A stretch of 64,000 nucleotides of DNA from Candidatus Micrarchaeota archaeon (GTDB taxonomy: Archaea > Micrarchaeota > Micrarchaeia > Anstonellales > Bilamarchaeaceae): the NCBI GenBank assembly GCA_022627495.1, contig JAKEGJ010000004.1, positions 622-64,621 on the forward strand. Reading direction: 5' to 3'. A program made the translations under genes and the position numbers. Of this stretch, positions 18,450 to 28,377 are shown one piece after another. The notes under the pieces were generated by a model. That model saw nothing but the letters and a program-made list of their open reading frames with translations, did not search any database and was not told the DNA's origin. The stretch's first letter is position 1. Each line of letters begins with the position of its first letter.

Positions 18450-19703
18450 TCAGGGCTTCCGTACTTTCTGGAGCACCTGCTTTGCATGCTCGATGTCGAA
18501 ATTTTTCCCCCTGGCGAGCTCTTCCGCGACCGCTTCGGTCTCCTCCGGCGTCAGTGCCCCGGCGTACATCGCGATGTTCCTGGCATGGAGCTTCATATGC
18601 CCCTTCTGTATGCCTTCGGTCGCGAGGGCGGACAACGCCGCAAAGTTGTTCGCAAGGCCGGCGCACGCCATTCCCATGGCCAGCTCCTTCGAGCCGCTAA
18701 CGCCCATGATTTTGAGCGCAATTCTCGCCGTGGGGCTGCTGTTTACGGCCGGGCCGACAGTGGCAAGAGCCAGCGGAAGCTCGATTGAGCCCATGAGGTC
18801 CCCCTTCTCGTTCTTGTGGTACTGCGTGAGCGGCTTGTAATGCCCGAGCGAAGCGTAAGCATGCGCGCCCGCTTCCACTGAACGCCAGTCGTTGCCGGTC
18901 GCGACGGCAACGGCGTCGATTCCGTTCATTATTCCCTTGTTGTGGGTGGCGCAGCGGTAGATGTCGTGCTTCGCGAATTCATAAGCGTCAAGGACGCCTG
19001 CGATGGCTTCCTCCCCCACAATCTCCTTCTTCCATACCGCAGAAGCCCTCGCCTTCCGCTTCACGGCGAGGTTGCTGACAATGCGCAGGCGGATTTTCCC
19101 GCCCGTAAGCTGGGCGAGCGAGGGGGCCGTGTTCTCGAGCACCGTATTCACCATGTTCGCGCCCTGGGCATCGCCGACTGCGATGTGGAATGATACGATG
19201 ATCATCGGGCCGCGTTCCGTATCGAGCACCCTGGTCTCGAAATCGCGCACGCCGCACCCGTACTTTTCATGCTGTTTCATGTGGCCTGCCGCGACGCCCA
19301 GTATCTCCTTCCTGTTGAGCTCCAAATTCTTCGATGCCTCCGCGACGTCCCGGATTCCCGCCAGCTGGACCTGCCCGATCATTACGGGCATGTCGGCATC
19401 CGCCTTGAAGCCTTCGGGTAGCGTCTGCTTGGCGGCCCTGGAGGCGGCTGCTATCACGGACGGCTCCTCCACGGCCATAGGTATCACAATGGCCCTGCCG
19501 TTGATTGTGAAATTCGTGGCGAGCCCCAGGGGCAGGTGTACTGCGCCTATTACGTTCTCCACAATCTTGTCCGCGCGCTCCAGCGATAGTGCACCGCTAT
19601 CGCAGAGGGCCTTCGCCTCCTCGTCGGTCAGGCCGGCGTACTTCTTCACTTTCGCCAGCCGTTCGCTGACGGCCAGCTTGTAGAATCCAGAGAAGTCTTC
19701 CAT
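18450..19703 (-). CDS. hmgA: Hydroxymethylglutaryl-CoA reductase, class I (archaeal)
   Basis: The ENVIG block and the DAMGMN-type region are present, as is FYKLAVSERL near the N-terminus. Trimmed to the ATG (MEDFSG) after a GGGAGG RBS; the track ORF extends 49 codons further. Confidence 0.85.
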   Translation of the reverse strand: MEDFSGFYKLAVSERLAKVKKYAGLTDEEAKALCDSGALSLERADKIVENVIGAVHLPLGLATNFTINGRAIVIPMAVEEPSVIAAASRAAKQTLPEGFKADADMPVMIGQVQLAGIRDVAEASKNLELNRKEILGVAAGHMKQHEKYGCGVRDFETRVLDTERGPMIIVSFHIAVGDAQGANMVNTVLENTAPSLAQLTGGKIRLRIVSNLAVKRKARASAVWKKEIVGEEAIAGVLDAYEFAKHDIYRCATHNKGIMNGIDAVAVATGNDWRSVEAGAHAYASLGHYKPLTQYHKNEKGDLMGSIELPLALATVGPAVNSSPTARIALKIMGVSGSKELAMGMACAGLANNFAALSALATEGIQKGHMKLHARNIAMYAGALTPEETEAVAEELARGKNFDIEHAKQVLQKVRKP

Positions 19704-19885
19704 TGAAATTTCCTCCCAAGTCACTCCTGATGACCTTTCATCAACGGCAGGGAACTTTGTTCCCTGCGCCCCATTGTTCGGTGTCGTGAACGGCGTACCG
19801 TTCACGCGCATGCTCATGGACGAATCGTCGTCCATGACATCGCCGAACAATAGGGACTTCAGCCGGGCGGCCCCGGTTTTTTAAT

Positions 19886-20338
19886 TTACCGATACCCATG
19901 CTCGAGCTTCTCGAGGGCCCTGTCGATGTTGGCGAACGCCCCATCGGCCTTCCTCATGTAGAACCCGCGGAATATGCCCTTGAGGCCCCGTTCCTCGCCG
20001 TTACCCAGGCAATACCGTCCCTTCTTCCGCGTCAATACGCCGAAATCCTTGAGCCTCTGCAGGTGGTAATACACCGCCTTGGGGTTCTGCTCCTCCTTCG
20101 AGAGCTCCGAGAGCCTTGAAATGATGTCCTTCGTGGTGGGCGCCTCGTCCTTCATGTGGAACTCGAAGAGCACCTCCAGGATGTCCAGGAGCAGCCTCCT
20201 GCTCTCATTCGGAAGAATCATCCCCAACGAGAGCGCAACCCACCGAATCAGCGACTTCCGGGCGAGAAGAACCTCGTCGGGCAGGGCGAGTTCGCGTATG
20301 GTCAGTTCTGAGCGGATGAGCCTCGACTCCGGAATCAT
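19886..20338 (-). CDS. Winged-helix transcriptional regulator
   Basis: KAVYYHLQRLKDFGVLTRKKG recognition helix and wing, 150 aa, upstream of and in the same orientation as hmgA. Confidence 0.5.
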   Translation of the reverse strand: MIPESRLIRSELTIRELALPDEVLLARKSLIRWVALSLGMILPNESRRLLLDILEVLFEFHMKDEAPTTKDIISRLSELSKEEQNPKAVYYHLQRLKDFGVLTRKKGRYCLGNGEERGLKGIFRGFYMRKADGAFANIDRALEKLEHGYR

Positions 20339-20417
20339 GGAAACCCTTTAGCGGGACAAAGGTTATAATATTACTCGTGCAAGAGTGCTTCGGGCAAATA
20401 ATCGCTCCGATGATTGA

Positions 20418-20789
20418 ATGGTGAAGCTCAGCCTCAGGTGCCACCCGGACGTCCTTTTCGGCTTTTCGAGCCATCATGTCGAATTGATTCTCCGGGCCGA
20501 AAACCCCGGGGCCCGCCCGGTTTGGGCGGAAGCGGACGTGTCCGTGCCCGAGAGGCTGTCCCTGAGCCCGAACAATCAATTGCGCAAGGGCCGCCTTAGG
20601 ATAGGCATCGTGGGGAAGGGGGAATACCTTGAGAAGTCGGTCCGCATATACAGCAACAGCTTCACCAACCCCCAGATGTATAAGTCAGACGTCACGCTCT
20701 TCGCCTTCAACCGGGACGGAGTAATAGAAGAGAGGCTGGAGAAATCCATCAACGTCCGGTGCGAGCTGAAGAAGGAAGCGTCGATGTGA
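20418..20789 (+). CDS. Hypothetical protein
   Basis: 123 aa with strong GC3 bias; no recognisable motif. Confidence 0.35.
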   Translation: MVKLSLRCHPDVLFGFSSHHVELILRAENPGARPVWAEADVSVPERLSLSPNNQLRKGRLRIGIVGKGEYLEKSVRIYSNSFTNPQMYKSDVTLFAFNRDGVIEERLEKSINVRCELKKEASM

Positions 20790-20928
20790 ATCCCGGCAAT
20801 TCCCCGCTCATGATTGGTCGGCCTGGAGATGCCTCGGGATGGCGCGCCAGGACAAAAATCCGATCCGGTTGCCGGAAAGAAAGCCAATGCGAATGCTAAA
20901 TTCGCAGAATGCCGTTAAGGTGAAACTT

Positions 20929-21567
20929 ATGCCTTTGAAGATGATAAAGCATCTGGTAGTTCCGCAGGACCACCTTTTTTTCGATCTGCTTCAAAATCAG
21001 GCGGAGACCGCCTACGAGGCGTCCAAGGAGCTGTCCGGCCTGATGGGGGATTACCGGGATATCGGCGCAAAAGTGAAAAAAATCAAGGACCTGGAGCACC
21101 AGGGCGACGAGCTCATGCGCACCATCTACACGGCCCTGAACAAGACGTTCATCGTACCTATAGACCACTCGGACATCTCCACCCTGGCAAATGCTCTTGA
21201 CGACGTACTCGATATGATGGACCACGCTTCCGCATTGCTTGTCTCATATGACATCCCCAATCCTTCGCCCCCCATGGCAGAGCTTTCGCAGATACTGGTG
21301 GAACAGACCAAGGAGCTCCGGAATGCCGTAGTCGCAATAAACCATTCCCGGACTTATGGCAAGGTCTCAGCCCACTGCAACCGGATAAAGCACCTCGAAA
21401 TGAAGGCCGACGAAGTGCACTCCCGGGCCATCACAGCGCTGTTCAAGACTGCCGATGCAATCGTGATTCTCAAGCACAAGGAGATACTGGACTGCCTGGA
21501 GGCGGCGACCGACAAGGCCGACAAGGCGTCCCAGAACATATCGGACATTGTAATGAAGCACGCCTAA
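20929..21567 (+). CDS. DUF47/TIGR00153 phosphate-transport regulator-like protein (PhoU-distant; Pit accessory)
   Basis: Helical protein immediately upstream of the PiT transporter, the standard pairing. Trimmed to the ATG (MPLKMIKHL) with an AAGGTGA RBS. Confidence 0.65.
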   Translation: MPLKMIKHLVVPQDHLFFDLLQNQAETAYEASKELSGLMGDYRDIGAKVKKIKDLEHQGDELMRTIYTALNKTFIVPIDHSDISTLANALDDVLDMMDHASALLVSYDIPNPSPPMAELSQILVEQTKELRNAVVAINHSRTYGKVSAHCNRIKHLEMKADEVHSRAITALFKTADAIVILKHKEILDCLEAATDKADKASQNISDIVMKHA

Positions 21568-21577
21568 GGTCGTAACT

Positions 21578-22588
21578 ATGATGGAACTGCTCATCTTCAC
21601 CATAATAATGGCGCTGGCCTTTGATTTTTTGAACGGCTTCCACGACAGCGCCAACTCGATTTCCACCGTCGTTGCCACGCGCGTCCTGACGCCCATGCAG
21701 GCGGTTTCCATGGCAGCAATCGGGAACCTCATCGGCCCCCTGTTCTTCACCACCGCGATAGCGGCGACGATAGGAAAGGGAATCATCGACACGGATGCCA
21801 TCAGCTCGCTTCTCCCCCAGGAAACATTCATCCTCATGATACTGGCCTCGCTAACCGGCGCAATCGTCTGGAACATCATCACCTGGTATTTCGGAATACC
21901 TGTCTCCAGCAGCCATGCGCTGGTCGGGGGGCTTATCGGCGCCGCGATTGCCGCGGTCGGTTCCGGCGTCCTTGTTTACGAGGGCATCGCCAAGGTCCTG
22001 ATTTTCATCGTCGTCTCCCCGCTGCTGGGCTTCATCATATCAATCGCGTTCGCGCTGATAATAATGCGCATCTTCAGGAAGGCATCTCCGGCAAAGATGA
22101 ACGGGTGGTTCAAGAAACTCCAGCTGTTCTCGGCATTCTTCTACTCGGTCACGCACGGTACGAACGACGCCCAGAAAACCATGGGCATAATCACGATACT
22201 GCTCGTTGCCGCCGGCTTCCTCCCGGACTTCACCGTCCCCCTCTGGGTTGTCCTTGTATGCCACACGTCCATATGCCTCGGAACCTGGCTTGGCGGCTGG
22301 CGCATAGTCAAGACCATGGCCCATAAAATCACGAAATTGCGGCCTTACCAGGGTTTTTGCGCCGAGACTGCGGGCGGGGGGGTCCTGGTGTTGATGGCCA
22401 ACTTCGGCATCCCCGTCAGCACAACGCACGCGATAGCCGGCTCGATAATGGGCGTCGGCTCCATGGAGAACCCGAAAAGCGTCCGCTGGGGCGTGAGCCG
22501 CAACATCGTACTGGCATGGGTCATCACAATCCCGTTCAGCGCCATCGTCGCCTGGGGGACCTTCGCCGTCTTCAACATGTTCATCTAG
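21578..22588 (+). CDS. pitA: Inorganic phosphate transporter, PiT family
   Basis: FDFLNGFHDSANSIST and a repeated second-half motif GTNDAQKTMGI, 336 aa. Confidence 0.85.
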   Translation: MMELLIFTIIMALAFDFLNGFHDSANSISTVVATRVLTPMQAVSMAAIGNLIGPLFFTTAIAATIGKGIIDTDAISSLLPQETFILMILASLTGAIVWNIITWYFGIPVSSSHALVGGLIGAAIAAVGSGVLVYEGIAKVLIFIVVSPLLGFIISIAFALIIMRIFRKASPAKMNGWFKKLQLFSAFFYSVTHGTNDAQKTMGIITILLVAAGFLPDFTVPLWVVLVCHTSICLGTWLGGWRIVKTMAHKITKLRPYQGFCAETAGGGVLVLMANFGIPVSTTHAIAGSIMGVGSMENPKSVRWGVSRNIVLAWVITIPFSAIVAWGTFAVFNMFI

Positions 22589-22641
22589 GCGCGGATGCCG
22601 ATGTGCCTCGGGCGGGCAACGGCAGCATGCTATGGGGCCGG

Positions 22642-23109
22642 TCAGATTAATTTCAGCTCATTGTCGGCAATCAGGTGCGACGCGTAGCCCACCAGCCCTG
22701 CAAGCGCGAGCATGCTCCCGGCCAGCAGATACAGCAAAACACCGAACCCGAAACACGCGACCAGGGTATGCGTGATGCCCCTGTGCCTCGGTTTCAGGAA
22801 CCTGAAGAACAGGAAATACGCGCCGGCCATGGCAAGGAACGTCACGGCCATGCTGCCGGCAGAGCCCAATCCCGGGACGCAGACATCCGCCCCGCAGGCA
22901 GAGCCGTAAACGGCCATGAAAGCGATGCCGACGAATGCGACATCAAGCCACTGCCGCCCCTTGCTCGAATCGTGGTCAAGGTCCGGGGCGAGCGCGCAGA
23001 GGCCGGAAAATGCCGTGATGATTATTATCGGAAAAAGCTCTTCGCCCAGGAGCAGCGCTGCCGCCAGTCCGAGGATTGCGCCGATTAAAATATGGGAGCG
23101 CCAGTTCAT
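22642..23109 (-). CDS. DUF457/YdjM-family membrane-bound metal-dependent hydrolase
   Basis: HRGITHTL and SHLIAD motifs, 4 TM, 155 aa. Confidence 0.6.
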   Translation of the reverse strand: MNWRSHILIGAILGLAAALLLGEELFPIIIITAFSGLCALAPDLDHDSSKGRQWLDVAFVGIAFMAVYGSACGADVCVPGLGSAGSMAVTFLAMAGAYFLFFRFLKPRHRGITHTLVACFGFGVLLYLLAGSMLALAGLVGYASHLIADNELKLI

Positions 23110-23148
23110 AAAGAAATAAAAGGGAAAAAAGAAAATAAAGCTGAGCCT

Positions 23149-24006
23149 TCAGCCGCTGACTTCGAAGCTTGCGCTTACGGTAGTGGTCACATCCACCTGG
23201 CCGGCAGACAGCTCGGTCTTGGGGGCGGGCGCGCCAGCCGCCATGTCGTATGCCATCGTCCGGTAGTATGCCGGGTAGTAGCTGGCTGATTCGCTTGCTG
23301 AGAGGACCTTGCCGAGCGACACTCCGACGCCCTGGGCTATGCTCTCAGCCTTCGATTTGGCTTCGCCGGATGCCTCTTTCAGGAGCGCCTTCTGGACGGC
23401 CCTTCTCGTCTCGTCCTTCAGCGTGAACTGGACCGAGTCGATGAACGTCTGGTTCGTGCCTGCTGTCGAGGCTGCGTCTATCACGTCCCCTCCCTTGTCC
23501 AGCATGGTCAGCTCAACATTCAGCGATTGTGTCGTGCGGTAGCCGATGAGGACCGAGTCGTAATGGCAGTCGTTCAGTGGCTTTTCGCACGAATACACGC
23601 TGTCATAGACCGGGTTCACGCTGTATGCGACCGTCTGGATGGACGACTCGTTGAGGCCGAGCGCCTTGAGCTTGGATCTGAGGTCCGCGCTGACTGCCGC
23701 ATTGTCCTCCTGCGATGTCCTGGCGTTCGCGGATTCAGTCTGCACCCGTATCTGGATGTTCAGCAGGTCCGGGGCCACTTTTTTCGAGGCCGTCCCCGAA
23801 ACGCTGATTACGTGGTCCGGCGGCGTGCTGGAGACATACACATTCGGATACGTGGGCCCGCTGGAAACGTTCACATCCGGCGAATAGTCGCCCTGGGCGA
23901 GCAGGTATCCGCCGCCCATCATGCCTATGGCGATGAGAAGCGCGGCGACAACCGCATACTTCCCGCAATCGCCTGAAAAACACATTCCTTCATCTTCTTT
24001 TGCCAT
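23149..24006 (-). CDS. SIMPL (DUF541) domain protein, membrane-anchored or secreted
   Basis: N-terminal TM, a Ser/Thr-rich body and a C-terminal QVDVTTTVSASFEV characteristic of SIMPL/BP26. Confidence 0.6.
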   Translation of the reverse strand: MAKEDEGMCFSGDCGKYAVVAALLIAIGMMGGGYLLAQGDYSPDVNVSSGPTYPNVYVSSTPPDHVISVSGTASKKVAPDLLNIQIRVQTESANARTSQEDNAAVSADLRSKLKALGLNESSIQTVAYSVNPVYDSVYSCEKPLNDCHYDSVLIGYRTTQSLNVELTMLDKGGDVIDAASTAGTNQTFIDSVQFTLKDETRRAVQKALLKEASGEAKSKAESIAQGVGVSLGKVLSASESASYYPAYYRTMAYDMAAGAPAPKTELSAGQVDVTTTVSASFEVSG

Positions 24007-24045
24007 TCAAATCACCCAAAATCCAATTTCTTGCCTATACCTGTT

Positions 24046-24390
24046 CTACTTCCCGCTTTCGGAAATTTTCTTGCAGATGCCCATGGCATCAGGAGTATCC
24101 TCGCTTGGCAGGTAATCCGTGCATTCATAGCCCGCAGGGCAGCCGAACCCCGCAATCCCGCCGCATTCGCAATACTGGACGCACATCAGGATGCATGCCG
24201 TGCCTTCGGGGGCTCCCCTGCATGCCGAGCCGCATTCGTTCCAGTGGCCGTTTGCAGCGTCGCACATGGCCTGCGTCAGGGTGGCATTGCCGCCGGTATT
24301 GTTGCCGCCTGGCGGCGGCTGCTGTCCCTGCCCGGTGCATCCATGGCCGACAATCAGCGCTATCACCAAAATGGCGAGCAGTCCTTTCAT
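24046..24390 (-). CDS. Small secreted cysteine-rich protein
   Basis: Signal peptide MKGLLAILVIALIVGHGC, then 12 Cys in about 95 residues, including a CxxxC pair. GC3 is strong. Confidence 0.5.
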   Translation of the reverse strand: MKGLLAILVIALIVGHGCTGQGQQPPPGGNNTGGNATLTQAMCDAANGHWNECGSACRGAPEGTACILMCVQYCECGGIAGFGCPAGYECTDYLPSEDTPDAMGICKKISESGK

Positions 24391-24468
24391 GTCAATGACT
24401 CTGAGAGGACAAATTTAAACGATTCCTTTTTTTATGCGGCCAGGGCCGCAGGATAGCCTGGGGCAATC

Positions 24469-24948
24469 CTAAACCTTATCGCCGCCGCCTGCGCCATGGG
24501 TGCAGGCGGCTCCTGCGCCATCCCTGACTTCACTGTCCCGGTGCGCCAGCAGCCCCCCGAGAGCCGCGACATCGCCCTTTTTCATATGGATAAGTGCCAA
24601 TGCGCCAGCCGCGTTCCTCTTGGCGTATCTGTCGTTTAACGCTTCCGCAAGGGCATTTTCAGCCGCCGACACGTCCACTCCGGCAATCATGGCCTCTTTG
24701 AGGACATCCGCCGCAATGGCCCCTACGCCTACGTGCCCGTCTTTCAGGAGCTGGCAGACGATTTCGACCGCTTCCCCATGCTCCCTCATGATTCCGATTA
24801 AATCACTGACCTGGTCCCTGAGCATCATGAGCCTCATGGATTCGGGCGTTTGCGCCAGCCGGTTTTTTTCAACAAACAGCCTGTGCTCCCTGAAAACCAC
24901 TACCGTGTGCCTCGCTTTCCTCCGGCGGGCTTTCAAAGCTTGCATCAT
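24469..24948 (-). CDS. Hypothetical protein (helical, HEAT-like repeats)
   Basis: A/L-rich repeats (ALALIHMKKGDVAALGGLLAHRDSEVR), 159 aa; composition is plausible. Confidence 0.35.
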   Translation of the reverse strand: MMQALKARRRKARHTVVVFREHRLFVEKNRLAQTPESMRLMMLRDQVSDLIGIMREHGEAVEIVCQLLKDGHVGVGAIAADVLKEAMIAGVDVSAAENALAEALNDRYAKRNAAGALALIHMKKGDVAALGGLLAHRDSEVRDGAGAACTHGAGGGDKV

Positions 24949-25040
24949 AACGCCATCTGATTTCCCGATTTATTGCGCAGTGTTTATATAATTATACATT
25001 TTCATAATCTATTTATAACTATTGTAGGCATAATCCCATC

Positions 25041-26198
25041 ATGGCCCGCTCATCATTCATACAGAACACGTCGCGCCCCGCTGCGCTTAGGGCCCAGTTT
25101 CGGAAGCTGAAAGACGATTTGCGCGGTTCCGGCTTGATGCTTGAGGAGCCTTTCCAGGACCAGTCCGGCGCTGTGGAGCTGCTATGCGGCGATGTCGAAT
25201 CGCGTATGAAATACGGCGGATTCAGCAATGCCGCCCATGCGGCGATAGTAACACTTGCCCCCCAGAACCTTTCCCCGGCCGAGCGCTCGTGGCTCGATGT
25301 CCCATTCATAATCCCCCCCGAGCGGTCCGGCGGGGCTTTCGATTGCGCGGGGGCGGTCGCCTGCGCCGAAACAAGCGACGCCGGTTCCGGGCCCGTCCGC
25401 GAAGTCGACATGGAGGGCATCACGCTCCTGGGGGTTTCGGTGCTCCGCAGGCTCGGAATCCCGGCGTTCTTTTCTTACCTGCATTTCGACAATGGCAATC
25501 CCAGGATGCAGGAGATGCATTCGCTTTCAATATACGTGGGCAGCGTTCCTTTCGGCGACCCGGTCCCGGCCGTCCTCACGCTGAACCCCGAGCCGGAATT
25601 GTTCGCGTTCGTTCCTCCGTATGCCATCCCATTCCCGGCGCACGTTTCCGTAAGCGGATTCGAAGTCCTTGACGATTCGGCGGTTCATTCCCTGATTCAG
25701 GTGAAGATGGCATTTGAGCAGGCTATCCGGCTCATGCGGGACGTGTCTGACCAGCGGCTCGAAAGCGAAGCGGAAGGCGAATTCCGGGCGATGTGCATAG
25801 CCCATGCCCTGCATGAGGGGATGCGCCTTTGGAGCGTGGAGGATGCCTGGCGCGACATGGATGCCGCGGCGGCGCTGAACAATCCCGCCCGCGGGGCGCC
25901 GGGGGTAGAGAGCGTCCGGCTCCACGCGGAAGCGAAATACGTCCACGAGCTGCTCTGCCCGGAGCACCACAGCATGCTTGCCACGAGCGTCATTCTCAGC
26001 GAAGAGACGAAGATGCATCTGGCGGATGCCGCAATCCGCCTTATGGGCAATGAAGGGCTAATCGATGGCGGGCATGCCATGCCCCCCATGCAGGACCAAT
26101 ACCTGGCCCGGCTGATGGAGTACATGCGCCTCTCCGAAATCCTGCAGGCGCACATCCATGCGCAAGACGAGTGCCCGGATAAAATAAGAATAAACTGA
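25041..26198 (+). CDS. Hypothetical protein
   Basis: 385 aa with strong GC3 and normal composition. The minus-strand ORFs over it are S/R-rich artefacts. It is divergent from the ATP synthase operon. Confidence 0.45.
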   Translation: MARSSFIQNTSRPAALRAQFRKLKDDLRGSGLMLEEPFQDQSGAVELLCGDVESRMKYGGFSNAAHAAIVTLAPQNLSPAERSWLDVPFIIPPERSGGAFDCAGAVACAETSDAGSGPVREVDMEGITLLGVSVLRRLGIPAFFSYLHFDNGNPRMQEMHSLSIYVGSVPFGDPVPAVLTLNPEPELFAFVPPYAIPFPAHVSVSGFEVLDDSAVHSLIQVKMAFEQAIRLMRDVSDQRLESEAEGEFRAMCIAHALHEGMRLWSVEDAWRDMDAAAALNNPARGAPGVESVRLHAEAKYVHELLCPEHHSMLATSVILSEETKMHLADAAIRLMGNEGLIDGGHAMPPMQDQYLARLMEYMRLSEILQAHIHAQDECPDKIRIN

Positions 26199-26262
26199 CA
26201 GCCTGCCCCGGGCGGCCGGCCAATCCATATCAACCGGCCTTCTTCTGCCCTTGCGGCCCTGC

Positions 26263-26937
26263 CTATGCCGCTGCCGCCCGGGCGGCTTCCTTGTCCTTTT
26301 TCTCCTTCTCCAGTTTGCGCTTGATTGATTTTAAGGACACGAACGAGTCCCGCTCCATCTCCTCAAGGCGGAAGGTTATCATCTTCGTCTCTTCCTCGAG
26401 GCGGGGAATCAGGACGAACTCCAGCGCATTCACGCGCCTCTTCGTCTTCTCGATTTCGATAATCAGCCTTTTCATCGCGGTTTCCGTCTCTGCGAGCTTT
26501 ATGACCATGGCAAGGATTTCGTTGAAATCATCCACAGCCTGGTCTATTTTCGCGCTTGTCGCCGCCACCGAATATGTCGGGAGAGTCAGGAAGTGCCTCT
26601 CCTCCATCTTGGTCGTGATGTTCGGTATTTTCACGCCCATGACGTTGCGGACTTCGATGTCGATGTCAATCTCCTTGCGCAAATCAAGGGATACCTTCGT
26701 CAGCTCCTGCATGTTGTGGTACGTCTCGGCAAGCGCCAGGGAGCGGTAGCCCCCGGCCATCTTGATTGCCAGCTGGCCGCGCAAATCCTGCGCCTTCTTC
26801 AGTATCTTGAAGAACTCGAGGATGAGGGCGTCGCGCTTCTGCTTGAGGAGCTTGTGCCCCTTGGATGCGAGCTTGATGCGCTCCTTGGTCTTGATAAGCT
26901 CCATCCTCGTCGGATTAACGTCTGTGGCTGCGGCCAT
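26263..26937 (-). CDS. atpD: A-type ATP synthase subunit D
   Basis: NPTRMELIKTKERIKLASKGHKLLKQKRDALI, 224 aa, the last gene of the operon. Confidence 0.85.
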   Translation of the reverse strand: MAAATDVNPTRMELIKTKERIKLASKGHKLLKQKRDALILEFFKILKKAQDLRGQLAIKMAGGYRSLALAETYHNMQELTKVSLDLRKEIDIDIEVRNVMGVKIPNITTKMEERHFLTLPTYSVAATSAKIDQAVDDFNEILAMVIKLAETETAMKRLIIEIEKTKRRVNALEFVLIPRLEEETKMITFRLEEMERDSFVSLKSIKRKLEKEKKDKEAARAAAA

Positions 26938-26992
26938 TACAGTTTCACCCCGGTGGTTTCCGGTTCCCAGTTTCCAGTTCCGCCCATACGCA

Positions 26993-28372
26993 TCACAGCG
27001 TGTACTTCTTCTTCATGTACTTCGGTATGTGCTCGCGCTTCACCCTCTTCAGTTCCTCTTCAGGAAGCAACGAGAGCAGTTCCCATCCCAAATCGAGCGT
27101 GACCTCGATATCGCGGTTCTCGTACGGGCCCTGCTGGACGAACCTCTTCTCGAACTCGTCAGCCAGGCGCAGGTAGCGCCTGTCTGTTGCGGACAATGCC
27201 TCCTCACCGACGACCGCGCTCAGGCTGCGGAGGTCGCGTCCGTTAGCGTAGCCTGCGTAAAGCTGGTCCGAGACGCCCTTGTGGTCCTCCCGGGTCTTCT
27301 TGTCTCCGATGCCGGAGTTCATGAGCCGAGACAGGGAAGGCAGCGGGTCCACGGGCGGGTAGATGTTCTTCCGGTGCAAGTCGCGCGAAAGAAGTATCTG
27401 CCCTTCGGTGATGTAGCCTGTCAGGTCCGGAATGGGGTGCGTCTTGTCGTCGCCGGGCATGGTGAGCACCGGAATCTGCGTAACCGAGCCCTTGCTTCCC
27501 TTCACCTTTCCAGCCCTCTCGTATATCGTGGAGAGGTCCGTGTACATGTAGCCCGGATAGCCGCGGCGGCCCGGCACTTCCTGCCTCGCCGATGAAATCT
27601 CACGGAGAGCCTCGCAGTAGTTGGTCATGTCCGTAATCAGCGTAAGGACGTGCATGCCCTGCTCGTATGCCAGGTATTCTGCAGTCGTCAGCGCCAGCCT
27701 GGGCGTGATGATGCGCTCGACCGAGGGGTCGTCTGCCAGGTTCAAAAACAGGACTGCATTTTCCAGCGCGCCCGTCTTCTCAAAGTCGCGCATGAAATAC
27801 GATGCCTCTTCATGCGTGATGCCGATGGCTGCGAACACGACGGCGAATTTCTCGCCAGTGCCCCTGACTTTCGCCTGCCGTGCAATCTGCACCGTCAGCT
27901 GGTTGTGCGGAAGCCCTGCGCCTGAGAATATGGGCAGTTTCTGGCCGCGGACCAGCGTGTTCATCGCATCTACGGTCGATATGCCTGTCTGGATGAATTC
28001 GTTGGGCATTTCGCGCGAGAACGGGTTGATTGGAAGCCCTGTGATGTCCACCCTCTCCTTCGGTATTACCCTGGGGCCCTTGTCGCGGGGCTCGCCCAGG
28101 CCCGTGAACACGCGCCCGAGCATCTCCGTGCTCAAGCCAAGCCTCATCGTCTCCCCGAGGAACCTTACAGTGGTCTGTGTCGTGCTGATTCCGGCTGTGG
28201 GGCCGAACACCTGGACGACCGCCATGTTCTTCGAGACGTCCAGCACCTGCCCCTTCCTGCGCTCGCCGTTAGGGAGCATGATTTCCACAATCTCGTTGTA
28301 CCCAACGCCGCTCACGTCCGAAACGACGACAAGCGGACCCGCGATTTCGGTGATGGTCTTGTATTCCTTCAT
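26993..28372 (-). CDS. atpB: A-type ATP synthase subunit B
   Basis: [17 protein letters not shown] start and P-loop-like GAGLPHN, about 459 aa. The track GTG start was trimmed to the ATG. Confidence 0.9.
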   Translation of the reverse strand: MKEYKTITEIAGPLVVVSDVSGVGYNEIVEIMLPNGERRKGQVLDVSKNMAVVQVFGPTAGISTTQTTVRFLGETMRLGLSTEMLGRVFTGLGEPRDKGPRVIPKERVDITGLPINPFSREMPNEFIQTGISTVDAMNTLVRGQKLPIFSGAGLPHNQLTVQIARQAKVRGTGEKFAVVFAAIGITHEEASYFMRDFEKTGALENAVLFLNLADDPSVERIITPRLALTTAEYLAYEQGMHVLTLITDMTNYCEALREISSARQEVPGRRGYPGYMYTDLSTIYERAGKVKGSKGSVTQIPVLTMPGDDKTHPIPDLTGYITEGQILLSRDLHRKNIYPPVDPLPSLSRLMNSGIGDKKTREDHKGVSDQLYAGYANGRDLRSLSAVVGEEALSATDRRYLRLADEFEKRFVQQGPYENRDIEVTLDLGWELLSLLPEEELKRVKREHIPKYMKKKYTL

Positions 28373-28377
28373 CAGAA

